NCBI GenBank assembly: GCA_934754475.1
Contig: CAKVHV010000001.1
Location: 251,670-315,669, forward strand
Length of the DNA: 64,000 nucleotides
Reading direction: 5' to 3'
Source of the DNA: an uncultured Clostridia bacterium
GTDB taxonomy: Bacteria > Bacillota > Clostridia > Christensenellales > UBA1242
Part shown: piece after piece, positions 29,755 through 40,280 of the stretch
Layout: each line of letters opens with the position of its first letter
How positions within the stretch are numbered: position 1 is the stretch's first letter
Made by a program: the position numbers and the translations under genes
Notes under the pieces: generated by a model
Seen by the model: only the letters and a program-made list of their open reading frames with translations
Databases searched by the model: none
What the model was told of the DNA's origin: nothing

Positions 29755-31701
29755 ATGGATAAACTTGTCAGAATGAAAGAATTAATTTCAAGACTTAAAG
29801 AACTCAATTACGCATATTATACTCTTGATAATCCACTTGTTTCAGACAAAGAGTATGACGATTTGTATTATGAACTTGTAAGTTTAGAAAAAGAAACTGG
29901 GGTTATTTTGGACGACTCACCAACTCAAAAAGTTGGTGATGTTGTGCTAGATAAATTCAAAAAAGTTAAACATCAAAAGAAATTATATAGCCTTAACAAA
30001 GCAAATTCGTTTGAAGAATTGCGTGAATGGTATGACGATATGATTTCCAAAGGTGCTAAGTCTTTTAGTGTAGAATACAAGTACGACGGACTTAGAGTTA
30101 CTCTTTCTTATGAAAACGGAATTTTGAAACGTGGCGCAACTAGGGGAAATGGTTTAGTTGGTGAAGACGTAACCGAACAAGTCAAGACTATTAGAAATGT
30201 TCCAAAGACAATAGGTTATAGAGAAAAAGTGACAGTCATGGGTGAAGTTTTGATGCGATTATCTGAACTCAAAAAATTCAACAAAACCGCCAAAGAACCT
30301 TTGAAAAACGCACGAAATGCGGCAGCGGGCGCACTTAGAAATCTTGATACCAAAATTACTGCTAGTCGAAATCTTGATGCGATTATGTATGATATTTTGG
30401 AAATTGATACTCCAAAGTCCAGTCAACTAGAAGTTCATAATTTTTTGAATTCGAATAAATTTGATACTTTTGATTTCTTTGAGATTGTTTCAAAGTTTGA
30501 AGATATTACAAAATTAATAGACTTAGTAGACCAAACAAAATCTAACCTAGATGTTTTAATTGATGGAATGGTTATCAAGGTTAATGAGTACGATGTAAGA
30601 GAAAAAATTGGCTATACCGAAAAATTCCCTAAATGGGCAATTGCATACAAGTTTGAAGCACAAGAACTCACAAGCAAAGTTGTCGGAATAACTTGGCAAG
30701 TTGGAAGAACGGGGAAACTCACACCAGTTTGTGAGATTGAGCCTATTGAACTTGCGGGAGCAACTGTAACTCATGCAACACTCAATAACTATGATGATAT
30801 TGTAAGAAAAGACGTCGCAATTGGAAGTAGGGTGTTTGTTAGACGTAGTAACGAAGTTATCCCAGAAATCTTGGGTGTTGCTGAACACTTGGAAAATAGT
30901 CAAAAGATTGAAAAACCATTGGTTTGTCCTTGTTGTCACACAAAACTTGTGTACGATGATATTAATATCTTTTGTCCAAACGAACTCTGCCCGGATAGAA
31001 TTGTAAATAAACTTACACATTTTGCTAGCAAAAATGCAATGAATATCGAAGGACTTTCGGACAAAACAATTTTGCAACTATTCAAAATTTTGAATGTAAC
31101 CAAAGTCTCTGATTTATTTAAACTTAAGAAAAACGATTTGAGTGTACTTGAAGGTTTCAAAGATAAAAAGATAAACAATCTACTAAATTCAATCGAAAAA
31201 AGCAAGAATGTAACTTTGGATAGATTTATTTATTCTTTGGGAATAAATGGTGTAGGAAGCAAGACAGCCAAAGATTTGGCAAGGCACTTTGGAACTTTTG
31301 AAAACCTAAAAAATGCCAAATTAAATGACTTGATTGCAATTAAGGACGTTGGAGATACGATTGCACAAAATATAGTAGAGTATTTTGAAAACTCTCAAAA
31401 TTTATTGCTAATTTCCGAACTTTTTGATAGCGGTGTTAAACTTGAAAGTTTGGACACAGTTAGTTCAGATAGCATTTTTGCGGGCAAAACCATTGTTATA
31501 ACTGGAACACTTGAAAACATGTCACGTGACGAAGCAACATCTTTGCTTGAAAGTATGGGTGCTAATGTTTCTAGTTCGGTTAGTTCCAAGACAGACTTTT
31601 TGTTGTGTGGCGAAAATGCCGGAAGCAAACTTAGCAAAGCCCAAAGTTTGGGAGTAAAAATAATTGATTTGGATTTTGTCAAAAAACAAATTAAGAATTA
31701 A
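29755..31701 (+). CDS. ligA: NAD-dependent DNA ligase
   Basis: Adenylation motif EYKYDGLRV, Zn finger CPCCHTKLV...CPNELC, HhH repeats, C-terminal BRCT (GKTIVITGTL). Confidence 0.95.
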   Translation: MDKLVRMKELISRLKELNYAYYTLDNPLVSDKEYDDLYYELVSLEKETGVILDDSPTQKVGDVVLDKFKKVKHQKKLYSLNKANSFEELREWYDDMISKGAKSFSVEYKYDGLRVTLSYENGILKRGATRGNGLVGEDVTEQVKTIRNVPKTIGYREKVTVMGEVLMRLSELKKFNKTAKEPLKNARNAAAGALRNLDTKITASRNLDAIMYDILEIDTPKSSQLEVHNFLNSNKFDTFDFFEIVSKFEDITKLIDLVDQTKSNLDVLIDGMVIKVNEYDVREKIGYTEKFPKWAIAYKFEAQELTSKVVGITWQVGRTGKLTPVCEIEPIELAGATVTHATLNNYDDIVRKDVAIGSRVFVRRSNEVIPEILGVAEHLENSQKIEKPLVCPCCHTKLVYDDINIFCPNELCPDRIVNKLTHFASKNAMNIEGLSDKTILQLFKILNVTKVSDLFKLKKNDLSVLEGFKDKKINNLLNSIEKSKNVTLDRFIYSLGINGVGSKTAKDLARHFGTFENLKNAKLNDLIAIKDVGDTIAQNIVEYFENSQNLLLISELFDSGVKLESLDTVSSDSIFAGKTIVITGTLENMSRDEATSLLESMGANVSSSVSSKTDFLLCGENAGSKLSKAQSLGVKIIDLDFVKKQIKN

Positions 31702-31808
31702 AAATTTTACATTTTTATAAATTTAACAAAAAATTACAAAAAACTGTTGAAAATTTTGAAAGAATATATTAGAATATATAAGTAATTAATATAACTTTAG
31801 GAGTAAGT

Positions 31809-32003
31809 ATGTTATTAGAACCACCAATTGACGAATTAGTCGGAAAAATGGGTAATCCTTTTAAATTAGCTGTAATAGTTGGAAAACGTGCTAAATTTTT
31901 GAGCGAAACTCTTACAGAAGAACAAAAAGAAGAAAAACCAGAAGTTACTCGTGCAGTAGAAGAAGTTGATAATGGTACAATTGTTATTTCTGACGAAAAT
32001 TAA
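31809..32003 (+). CDS. rpoZ: DNA-directed RNA polymerase subunit omega
   Basis: 64 aa. MLLEPPIDELVGKMGNPFKLAVIVGKRAKFL is typical of RpoZ. Confidence 0.8.
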   Translation: MLLEPPIDELVGKMGNPFKLAVIVGKRAKFLSETLTEEQKEEKPEVTRAVEEVDNGTIVISDEN

Positions 32004-32152
32004 TTAGAAAGTTGTATTTATCTATTCGAGACTTTAAATTTCACGAGATTTTTGAAAATGAAATTTGCAAAGTTCTATTGCATTATCAAAAAGTTCTACT
32101 TTTATAATTTTTTGATATTCAATGGAACTTTTTTAGTGTTAGGGGAAAGCCT

Positions 32153-34345
32153 TTGATTGCAGAAATTATTGTCGATGTTCAAAATAGCCAAGTAGACAAG
32201 GTATTTGATTACAATATACCTTCTTCTTTTGATTTTCTCAAAGTAGGCTATAGAGTAATTGTTCCTTTTGGCAATAGAAAAATCGAAGGCTATATAATCG
32301 GCATCAAAGATTCAACCGATTGTCCGCCTGACAAACTAAAAAGCATAATTAGTGTTTGTGATGAATATCCACTAATTTTGCCCGAAATCGTTGAACTAAT
32401 TAAGTTTATGAAGGACAAACTCTATCTAAGACTTATCGACGGAATTAGGCTTGCAATCCCAAGTCAAGTCAAAAATTCGGATTACAAGTTTGAGACTTAT
32501 GTGACTTTGAATGATGAAAATTTGGAAGATTATTTGAAAACACTAAACAAACGTAATCAAAATATTCCAAAGATTATTGAGTGCCTTAGACAAAATGGCA
32601 AAGTCCAAATTAGTTTTCTTAACTCAAAGTATGGAAATGCTAATGTCAAAAAATTAATTGAAAGCAAAATTTTGAGTATTCAAAAAAACAAAGTAAATAG
32701 ACTCAGAATTTCGGATAAATCTCAAAACAAAGTTGAACTTACATCTTTGCAAAAGTCGTGTGTCAAAGATATTTTGAAATCAACTGACAAGCCAATTGTC
32801 TTGTATGGAGTGACAGGAAGTGGAAAGACCGAAGTTTATATGAATGTTATAGACAAGGTTTTGAGCCAAGGCAAGACCGCACTTATGCTAGTTCCAGAGA
32901 TTTCTTTGACCCCACAAATGGTTAGAGTATTTAGCGATAGATTTGGGACAAGTATTGCTGTTTTGCATAGTGCTTTGAGTGTGGGCGAAAAGCACGACGA
33001 ATGGCTAAGGATATATAGTAACGATGCCAAAATTGTAATAGGTGCTAGGTCGGCTATTTTTGCACCGCTTTCAAATATAGGGGTAATCATAATCGACGAA
33101 GAACATGATGGTTCGTATCTGTCAGACAGCAATCCTAGATATTTTACTCAAGATATTGCGGTATTTAGGGCAAAATATAACAAGTGTCCGTTGGTTTTGG
33201 GCAGTGCAACACCTTCAATTGAGACTTTTTACAAAACTCAAACTCATGAGTATAATCTAACTCAAATGCCAGTTAGGGTTAATCAAAAACCTATGCCAAA
33301 AATAGAAATTGTAGATATGTGCAATGAGTTTAGACATGGCAACAACACAATTTTAAGTTCACGACTTTTGGAAAAACTAGACGAGACAATAAAAAATAAT
33401 AATCAAGCGATTTTGTTTATTAATAGACGTGGATTTAGTTCGTATCTTATGTGTAGGGAGTGTTCGTATATCCCAAAATGTACAGAATGTGATGCAAATT
33501 TGGTTTATCACAAAGATGAGAATGTTCTCAAATGTCATTATTGCGGAAAAAAGTTTAGAGTACTCACCAAATGTCCACAGTGTGGCAGTGATTCAATAAA
33601 ACTAGGTGCAACCGGCACTCAACAGATTGAAGAATTAATACACAAGCATTTCCCTAGTGTTTCGGTATTTAGATTAGATAATGATAGTGTCAAAAACAAA
33701 AATTCATACTCAGAAATACTAAGTAAATTCGGAAGTACCAAACCTTCAATTTTGGTTGGAACTCAAATGGTCACTAAGGGGCATGATTTCCCAAAAGTCA
33801 CCTTAGTAGGAATTGTAGATGCAGATATTTCGTTATTTAATTATAGTTACAAGGCAAACGAAACAACTTTTCAATTAGTCACCCAAGTATCCGGAAGAGC
33901 GGGACGAAGTGACCAAGCGGGCGAAGTGGTCTTGCAAACCTATGTTTCCAAAAATCCAGTTTATTTGACTAGTGCAAATTATGACTACAAAAAATTTTAT
34001 GACAAAGAAATAAATCTAAGAGAAACAACTAAGTTTCCGCCTTTTGCTAAGATTGTAAGAGTGCTTTTGGCAAGCGAAGATGACGATTTGGTCAAAAGTG
34101 CCACACACAAACTTATACTCAAACTTAAGGATTTAAGAGTAAACTATGGCGATAAGTTCTTCTTTTTGGAAGCGATGAAAGCGCCAGTAAATAAGATAAA
34201 AAATAAACATAGATATCAAGTTGTTCTTAGATTTAATAATTCGATAGAAACAGAAATTATCCAAAAGATATACGAAGTTTTGGATACTCTCAAAAATAAT
34301 AAATTAAGTGTGTTTGTGGAACTCAATCCAAATTCACTAAGTTAG
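32153..34345 (+). CDS. priA: primosomal protein N' (replication restart helicase PriA)
   Basis: GVTGSGKTEVY Walker A, IIDEEHD, Cys-rich zinc region CRECSYIPKCTECDANLVYH...CHYCG...CPQCGS. Probable TTG start. Confidence 0.9.
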   Translation: MIAEIIVDVQNSQVDKVFDYNIPSSFDFLKVGYRVIVPFGNRKIEGYIIGIKDSTDCPPDKLKSIISVCDEYPLILPEIVELIKFMKDKLYLRLIDGIRLAIPSQVKNSDYKFETYVTLNDENLEDYLKTLNKRNQNIPKIIECLRQNGKVQISFLNSKYGNANVKKLIESKILSIQKNKVNRLRISDKSQNKVELTSLQKSCVKDILKSTDKPIVLYGVTGSGKTEVYMNVIDKVLSQGKTALMLVPEISLTPQMVRVFSDRFGTSIAVLHSALSVGEKHDEWLRIYSNDAKIVIGARSAIFAPLSNIGVIIIDEEHDGSYLSDSNPRYFTQDIAVFRAKYNKCPLVLGSATPSIETFYKTQTHEYNLTQMPVRVNQKPMPKIEIVDMCNEFRHGNNTILSSRLLEKLDETIKNNNQAILFINRRGFSSYLMCRECSYIPKCTECDANLVYHKDENVLKCHYCGKKFRVLTKCPQCGSDSIKLGATGTQQIEELIHKHFPSVSVFRLDNDSVKNKNSYSEILSKFGSTKPSILVGTQMVTKGHDFPKVTLVGIVDADISLFNYSYKANETTFQLVTQVSGRAGRSDQAGEVVLQTYVSKNPVYLTSANYDYKKFYDKEINLRETTKFPPFAKIVRVLLASEDDDLVKSATHKLILKLKDLRVNYGDKFFFLEAMKAPVNKIKNKHRYQVVLRFNNSIETEIIQKIYEVLDTLKNNKLSVFVELNPNSLS

Positions 34346-34353
34346 GAGAAAAT

Positions 34354-34821
34354 ATGGCAATAAGAAATGTAATTCAAGTAGGCGATGAAATTTTAAGAAA
34401 GAAGAGCAAACCCGTCAAGGAATTTGACCAAAAACTAGCCGAACTTCTCGACGATATGCGAGAAACAATGGTCAAAAATGACGGATGTGGACTTGCAGCA
34501 GTTCAAGTAGGAATCTTGCGTAGAGTGGTTGTTTTGGATGTCAATCATATGAAGATTGAATTAATAAATCCAGAGATTGTAGATAGTTATGGTGAATCAA
34601 TCGAGAGAGAAGGTTGTCTTTCGGTCAAGGGCGAAACTGGATACGTTAAACGTCCAAGCGAAGTTACTGTCAAGGCTCTTGATAGATATGGCAACGAATT
34701 TATCTTGACAGGTGTAGATATGCTTGCAAGAGCATTGTGTCACGAAATCGACCACCTAGACGGAATCTTGTATATAGACAAGGTGATTAAAGACTACAAA
34801 GAAAAAAAGGATAAAAAATGA
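34354..34821 (+). CDS. def: peptide deformylase
   Basis: GCGLAAVQVG, EGCLS and HEIDHLDG motifs. Confidence 0.92.
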   Translation: MAIRNVIQVGDEILRKKSKPVKEFDQKLAELLDDMRETMVKNDGCGLAAVQVGILRRVVVLDVNHMKIELINPEIVDSYGESIEREGCLSVKGETGYVKRPSEVTVKALDRYGNEFILTGVDMLARALCHEIDHLDGILYIDKVIKDYKEKKDKK

Positions 34822-35750
34822 AAGTAATATTTTTTGGAACACCCGATTATGCTGTGCCAGCATTACAAGCAATAATAGATAGCAAACACCAAGTAGTTGC
34901 GGTTGTTACTCAGCCCGACAAACCAAAGGGTCGTAGTAATAAACCCGTCTTTACTCCAGTCAAAGCACTAGCATACAAGTATAATATCCCAGTATTTCAG
35001 TTTGAAAAAATTAGAAAAGACGATGTAAGTGATTTGCTAAGTATTGATGCTGATATAATAGTTACTTGTGCATATGGTCAAATAATTGGTGCTAATGTTT
35101 TGTTTGCCAAAAAGTTTGGTGTTATTAATTTGCACGGAAGTCTACTTCCAAAGTATAGGGGTTCTAGTCCTATTCAATGGGCTTTGATTAATGGCGAAAA
35201 AGTTACAGGTGTTACTGTGCTTAAATCCGATGTAGGAATGGATGACGGTGAAGTTTTGATGTCAAAACAAATTGATATTTCAGATGATGACAATGCAATA
35301 ACTTTGTTTGATAAACTATCCAAACTTTCTGCCGAAGTAGGTGTCGAAGCCTTAAATATGTTAGAAAGTGGAAATTATGAGTATTCCAAACAAGACGAAA
35401 GCAAGGTTACACTTTGCAAAATGTTAAGTTCAGATATGTCAGAACTTAATTTTAATAGTACCCGCAGTGAAATTATTGGATATATCAAAGGGCTTGCTAT
35501 GTGGCCAACTGCACATATAACAATCGACGGAGTGTACTTCAAACTATTTAATGCAAAGCCTTATGAAGGTGACTTTGAGTCATATCAAAATGGACAAGTA
35601 GTAATTGCAAATTCCAAACAAGGGCTAGTAATAAAATGTAGCGACGGACTAATAGAAATCACCGAATTGCTACCCGAAGGCTCAAAGAAGATGAGTGCAA
35701 AGAGTTATCTTAATGGCAAAAAAATAAATGTTGGGAGTATACTTAGGTGA
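34818..35750 (+). CDS. fmt: methionyl-tRNA formyltransferase
   Basis: FFGTPDYAV and NLHGSLLPKYRGSSPIQWA; ATGA overlap with def. Confidence 0.92.
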   Translation: MKVIFFGTPDYAVPALQAIIDSKHQVVAVVTQPDKPKGRSNKPVFTPVKALAYKYNIPVFQFEKIRKDDVSDLLSIDADIIVTCAYGQIIGANVLFAKKFGVINLHGSLLPKYRGSSPIQWALINGEKVTGVTVLKSDVGMDDGEVLMSKQIDISDDDNAITLFDKLSKLSAEVGVEALNMLESGNYEYSKQDESKVTLCKMLSSDMSELNFNSTRSEIIGYIKGLAMWPTAHITIDGVYFKLFNAKPYEGDFESYQNGQVVIANSKQGLVIKCSDGLIEITELLPEGSKKMSAKSYLNGKKINVGSILR

Positions 35751-37030
35751 ATAAAGAATTGTCTCTATCATATATGATTTTGAAAAAAGTTATTTTGGAT
35801 AAGTCATATGTGAGTATAGAACTTAACAAAGCCTTGCAAAAGAATCCAAATATCAATACAGCACTTGTCACAAAGATTGTGTATGGAGTGCTTGAAAAAG
35901 ACATAACTTTGGAGTATTTTGTTGAGTGTAATATAAACAAAATGCCCAAACCAGAGATTTTGATACTTCTCAAAATGGTCGGGTATATTTCAAAAACTAT
36001 TAATAGTATTCCAACATTTGCACTTGTAAACGAAGTAGTTAATTTAGCCAAAAAAGAAGATAAATACGCATCGGGTTTTGTAAATGCTGTAAGCAAAAAA
36101 TTAATATCTAGTCAAATTGTATTGCCTAGCAAAAAAGACAAAATTAAGTACATGAGTGTTAAATATAACTATCCTGAGTGGGTTATAAGCGAGTTACTTA
36201 AGAGTCACGACGAAAAGTTTGTTGAAGACTTGGTGTCAGTTAATCTTACAACTCTTACACATATTAGAGTTAATCGTAGTCTTATTTCTGCTAGAGAATT
36301 TAAAATTAAACTTGAATTATTCGAAATTAAATACGAGCCAAGCCTATATGACTATACAATGTATGTAGACTATGCAAAATTACTCAAAGTCAAAGATTTA
36401 GACAAACTTTATGTGGTTCAAGGACTTCCTAGCATAATTACTTGTAATGTCTTGGGTGCGACTAAGGGCAAGGTTTTGGATACATGCTCAGCACCGGGGG
36501 GAAAGGCTATATTCTTGGCTGAAAACAAAAATTTGGATATTTTTGCTTGCGATATACATGGTCATAGACTTGATTTAATCAAAAAGTATGCAAAAAATTA
36601 TGATGTAACAAATATTCATTTTTGTTTGCAAGACGGAACAAAATTTAATCCCGCTTGGGAAAATAATTTTGATTACGTCCTTTGTGATGTGCCATGTAGT
36701 AACTTGGGAGTATCCCGAAAAAAACCAGATGTGTTTTTGAACAAAACTTTAAATGATGCAAAAATGCTAAGTGGAATTCAGTATCAAATACTCGAAAACT
36801 CGGCTAGATATGTTAAGTCTGGCGGGATTTTGCAATATTCAACTTGTACAATTATAGATATAGAAAACAGATGCGTAATTGAAAAGTTCCTAAAGAATCA
36901 CAAAGATTTTGAATTAACTGAAATTGAAGTCCCAAATTTGAATGTTTCAAACGAATCTGGACTTTGTACATTTTATCCAAACTTAACCCATACCGAAGGA
37001 TTTTTTATAGGGAGATTAAAGAAAAAATGA
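35747..37030 (+). CDS. rsmB: 16S rRNA (cytosine967-C5)-methyltransferase
   Basis: DTCSAPGGK SAM motif, CDVPCSNLG and YSTCT catalytic Cys motifs; def-fmt-rsmB order. Confidence 0.85.
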   Translation: MNKELSLSYMILKKVILDKSYVSIELNKALQKNPNINTALVTKIVYGVLEKDITLEYFVECNINKMPKPEILILLKMVGYISKTINSIPTFALVNEVVNLAKKEDKYASGFVNAVSKKLISSQIVLPSKKDKIKYMSVKYNYPEWVISELLKSHDEKFVEDLVSVNLTTLTHIRVNRSLISAREFKIKLELFEIKYEPSLYDYTMYVDYAKLLKVKDLDKLYVVQGLPSIITCNVLGATKGKVLDTCSAPGGKAIFLAENKNLDIFACDIHGHRLDLIKKYAKNYDVTNIHFCLQDGTKFNPAWENNFDYVLCDVPCSNLGVSRKKPDVFLNKTLNDAKMLSGIQYQILENSARYVKSGGILQYSTCTIIDIENRCVIEKFLKNHKDFELTEIEVPNLNVSNESGLCTFYPNLTHTEGFFIGRLKKK

Positions 37031-38232
37031 CAATACTAATGGATTATGAAAAAGAAGAATTATATAATGTTTTGGCAAGCCAAAATGTTCCAAAATTTAG
37101 AATAGACCAATTGGTCAATGCTATGTATAATGGCAAAGACTTTGGCGATGTTATTAATCTTCCAAAGGATTTTTTGGAAAATTTAAATAACTTGGGATAT
37201 GTTTTGCAACCAATCAAGATTAGAAAAACATATACGAGTGGCTCAAAAGACAAAACTATCAAGTTTTTGTATGACTTAAGTGACGGGAATATTATCGAAG
37301 GTGTACTTATGAAATATGCCTTTGGAAACACTCTTTGTATTAGTACTCAAGTTGGATGCAAGATGAATTGTGCTTTTTGTGCAAGTGGACTTAGTGGATT
37401 TGTTCGCAATTTGTCTGCGGGCGAAATTCTTGGTCAAATAGTCACAGTTAACAAATACTTGGGTGGAAGTCTCAAAGATAGAAAGATTACAAATGTCGTG
37501 CTTATGGGTAGTGGCGAACCACTAGATAACTTTGACAACGTCAAAAAGTTTTTGAAAATCGTAACTTCAAGCGATTGTTTTGACATCAGTGTAAGAAATA
37601 TTTCTGTATCTACTTGTGGTATTCCAAGCAAGATTGAAGAACTAGCAGACTTGGGTTATGCGGTTACACTATGTTTTTCGTTGCACGCTTCAAATGATGA
37701 AACTAGACGTCAGATTATGCCAATTGCAAGACGTTATTCAATAGCCGAAGTCTTAGATGCACTTAAGTATTATCACACTATGACAAATAGAAGAGTTATT
37801 ATTGAGTACACTCTTATTGATGGTGTAAATAACTCCATGTCAAATGCCAAAGAGTTATCTCAAATTCTCAAAAACTTGCCATGTCATGTAAATCTTATTA
37901 GACTAAACGAAGTCGAAGGAAGAGACTTGAAAGCACCAACTATGGATAGTTGTAATAGGTTTTTGGATAATTTAAATAGATTTGGTGTTAGTGCTACAAT
38001 TCGTCGTAGCCTTGGCGATGACATCGAAGGGGCTTGTGGAATGCTTAGAAACAAAGAAATTGTTGAAGGCAAAGTTGTAGATAGACCAAAACTAGATATA
38101 AATAAATCTAAACCAAAGCCTAACAAAAATACTCAAAACAAAGTCAAAGACCCAACAAAACTATTAAAGACCAAACAATTCGGAACAAAAAACAATTCAA
38201 AAATTGGCAAAAAGTATGATAGAAAAAAATAA
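37027..38232 (+). CDS. rlmN: 23S rRNA/tRNA (adenine-C2)-methyltransferase RlmN with a Lys-rich C-terminal tail
   Basis: Radical SAM CKMNCAFCASG, GSGEPLDN; ATGA overlap with rsmB. The last ~50 aa are a K/N/P-rich extension. Confidence 0.9.
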   Translation: MTILMDYEKEELYNVLASQNVPKFRIDQLVNAMYNGKDFGDVINLPKDFLENLNNLGYVLQPIKIRKTYTSGSKDKTIKFLYDLSDGNIIEGVLMKYAFGNTLCISTQVGCKMNCAFCASGLSGFVRNLSAGEILGQIVTVNKYLGGSLKDRKITNVVLMGSGEPLDNFDNVKKFLKIVTSSDCFDISVRNISVSTCGIPSKIEELADLGYAVTLCFSLHASNDETRRQIMPIARRYSIAEVLDALKYYHTMTNRRVIIEYTLIDGVNNSMSNAKELSQILKNLPCHVNLIRLNEVEGRDLKAPTMDSCNRFLDNLNRFGVSATIRRSLGDDIEGACGMLRNKEIVEGKVVDRPKLDINKSKPKPNKNTQNKVKDPTKLLKTKQFGTKNNSKIGKKYDRKK

Positions 38233-39088
38233 AGTAGTCAAAATCGTTGGAGATATTTTTACAGTACTCAAAAAAGATTCTTTAGTTTCGGCATGTTGTC
38301 TCAAAAATATAAAGAAGAATCGTGTAGTTGTTGGTGATGATGTCGAACTAAAAAAAGACGAGTATAGTGTAGACAAATACATTATAACCAAAGTTTTTCC
38401 ACGAAAAAATTGCATTCCACGACCAGTTGTCGCAAACATAGACAAACTCTTAATTCTTGTAGCAAACGAGCCAAAGCCGGACTTTTATTTGGTTGATAAA
38501 TTATATATCTATTCGGTTACGAATAATATTGAACCCATAATAGTTATAAATAAATCAGATATTTCGGACAAAAGTTTTGTAGACAATATCAAATCTCAGT
38601 ATGGGTTTATCAAGACTTTTGTAATAAGTGCCAAATGCAAAAGCGGGATAGATGAACTCAAAAAATACATTTTGAAGTCAGTCTGTGCTGTTTGTGGACA
38701 ATCGGCAGTAGGGAAATCATCACTCATTAATGCTTTGATTCCAGATGTCTATCAGTCGACACAAGGTCTAAGCGAAAAGATTTCTAGGGGAAAACATACA
38801 ACTAGAGTGAATGAACTATTCGTTTGGAACAATTTGTGTATCGCTGACACCCCGGGATTTAGTAACTTGGATTTGAATATAGACTTTGACGAGTTGCAAG
38901 AGTATTATCCGGAGTTTCAAAAATATAGAGAGAATTGTAAGTATTTAGATTGTTCTCATGTCGGCGAAGGCAAAGATTGTGGAGTAATCAAAGCAAAAGA
39001 TATGGGGAAGATAAATAAAGATAGATACCTAAGATATGTGGATTTATACAATAAATTAAAAGAAAATTGGGAGAAAAAATATGATTAA
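38204..39088 (+). CDS. rsgA: ribosome small subunit-dependent GTPase A
   Basis: CGQSAVGKSSLINAL, DTPGF, C-terminal zinc motif CKYLDCSHVGEGKDC. The start could equally be the ATG at 38216. Confidence 0.85.
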   Translation: MAKSMIEKNKVVKIVGDIFTVLKKDSLVSACCLKNIKKNRVVVGDDVELKKDEYSVDKYIITKVFPRKNCIPRPVVANIDKLLILVANEPKPDFYLVDKLYIYSVTNNIEPIIVINKSDISDKSFVDNIKSQYGFIKTFVISAKCKSGIDELKKYILKSVCAVCGQSAVGKSSLINALIPDVYQSTQGLSEKISRGKHTTRVNELFVWNNLCIADTPGFSNLDLNIDFDELQEYYPEFQKYRENCKYLDCSHVGEGKDCGVIKAKDMGKINKDRYLRYVDLYNKLKENWEKKYD

Positions 39089-39740
39089 AGTATTGCCAAG
39101 TTCAAATCCATGTCCCGAAGACAAACTCTTGGGATATTCCAAAAAACTTATGGAACTAGGAGTTGAGTACTTGCACTGTGATGTTATGGACGGTGAGTTT
39201 GTTGAAAACTTATGCCTTAACTTTGAAACACTCAAGTATGTTAGAGACAATTCTAATATCTTGCTTGATGTTCATCTTATGACATATAATTTGTTAGAAA
39301 CAATCACTAAATTTTCAAGTTTGAAACCTAATATAATTACATTTCACTACGAAGCACTCAAGTCCGAAAGAGAGTTTTTCAAAATTGTCAAGTTACTCAA
39401 AAAGGAAGATATACTAGTAGGTCTTGCAATTAAACCTAATACACCAATAGACGTAATAACTAGACTAATAAATAGTGTAGATTTAGTTTTAATTATGTCA
39501 GTAGAACCGGGCAAAAGTGGTCAAATGTTTTTGGAAAGTTCTTATGAAAAAATAAAGACAATCAAGAAATTAATCAAAGACAAAAATATAATTATCGAAG
39601 TGGATGGCGGAATAAATAGCGACAATTCACAAAAAGTAATTTCCTGTGGTGCAGACTTTTTGGTTATGGGGTCGGCTTTTTATAATTCCAAAGACAAGTT
39701 GGGCTTGCTTTGCAGTATTGATTCTCACTACAAAAAATAA
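39081..39740 (+). CDS. rpe: ribulose-phosphate 3-epimerase
   Basis: HCDVMDGEFV, IMSVEPGKSGQ and VDGGIN motifs. Confidence 0.88.
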   Translation: MIKVLPSSNPCPEDKLLGYSKKLMELGVEYLHCDVMDGEFVENLCLNFETLKYVRDNSNILLDVHLMTYNLLETITKFSSLKPNIITFHYEALKSEREFFKIVKLLKKEDILVGLAIKPNTPIDVITRLINSVDLVLIMSVEPGKSGQMFLESSYEKIKTIKKLIKDKNIIIEVDGGINSDNSQKVISCGADFLVMGSAFYNSKDKLGLLCSIDSHYKK

Positions 39741-39882
39741 TTTACTAAGTCAAAATTTCATTTTGTTTTGTTAGTTTGAAAATTTCGCAATAATTAATTA
39801 CATTCAATTTTCAATTAATTCTTCACTAAATATTTTTGAATTTCATATAATGATTAAAAGTATTTATGAAAAAGGGGTATTT

Positions 39883-39963
39883 ATGAAAATTTATTGCTTC
39901 AAACTTCCAAAATTTTTGAAACCATTATTTAAATTAATATTTAAAAACCAATTAAATGAATAA
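39883..39963 (+). CDS. candidate 26-aa cationic amphipathic peptide
   Basis: MKIYCFKLPKFLKPLFKLIFKNQLNE with an AAAAGGGG RBS 7 nt upstream. Below the ORF-track size cutoff; no other support. Confidence 0.25.
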   Translation: MKIYCFKLPKFLKPLFKLIFKNQLNE

Positions 39964-39977
39964 TATTTAATTTACAT

Positions 39978-40226
39978 ATGAAAATTATTATAACTGTTGA
40001 TTTTTCAAATAATCAATTCAATAGCGACTTTAGTCTTTCTAATGTTCTCTTGCAAGAACATACTATTTTGTTAGTTACAAACAAAACTCAGCTTGAAATT
40101 GCTAGAAAATCTTATGACTTAATAGTTTCAGGTTATTCTAGTTTTAAACTAGACAAGCCCGATTATGATATTAATGCCTTAGATTATTTGCCCGACCAAT
40201 TAATAGATATAATTAATTCTAAATAA
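39978..40226 (+). CDS. hypothetical protein
   Basis: 82 aa ORF followed by a strong terminator. No motif recognised. Confidence 0.4.
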   Translation: MKIIITVDFSNNQFNSDFSLSNVLLQEHTILLVTNKTQLEIARKSYDLIVSGYSSFKLDKPDYDINALDYLPDQLIDIINSK

Positions 40227-40233
40227 AAAAATT

Positions 40234-40268
40234 CACTAGTATTAACTAAGTAATACTAGTGTTTTTTT
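40234..40268 (+). terminator. rho-independent terminator
   Basis: CACTAGTATTA-ACTAAG-TAATACTAGTG followed by T7. Confidence 0.75.
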
Positions 40269-40280
40269 GTTCAAAAGAAC

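Noticed and set aside
30556-31077. 173-aa antisense ORF inside ligA
   Set aside because: The LigA frame has all its catalytic motifs. The antisense ORF has Cys/Phe/Asn-rich nonsense composition.
31770-31800. dif-like sequence TTAGAATATATAAGTAA upstream of rpoZ
   Set aside because: Only the central TAGAATATATA resembles Firmicute dif. Neither the XerC nor the XerD arm (ACTTCC.../...TTATGTAAACT) is present. It is more simply the rpoZ promoter -10 region.
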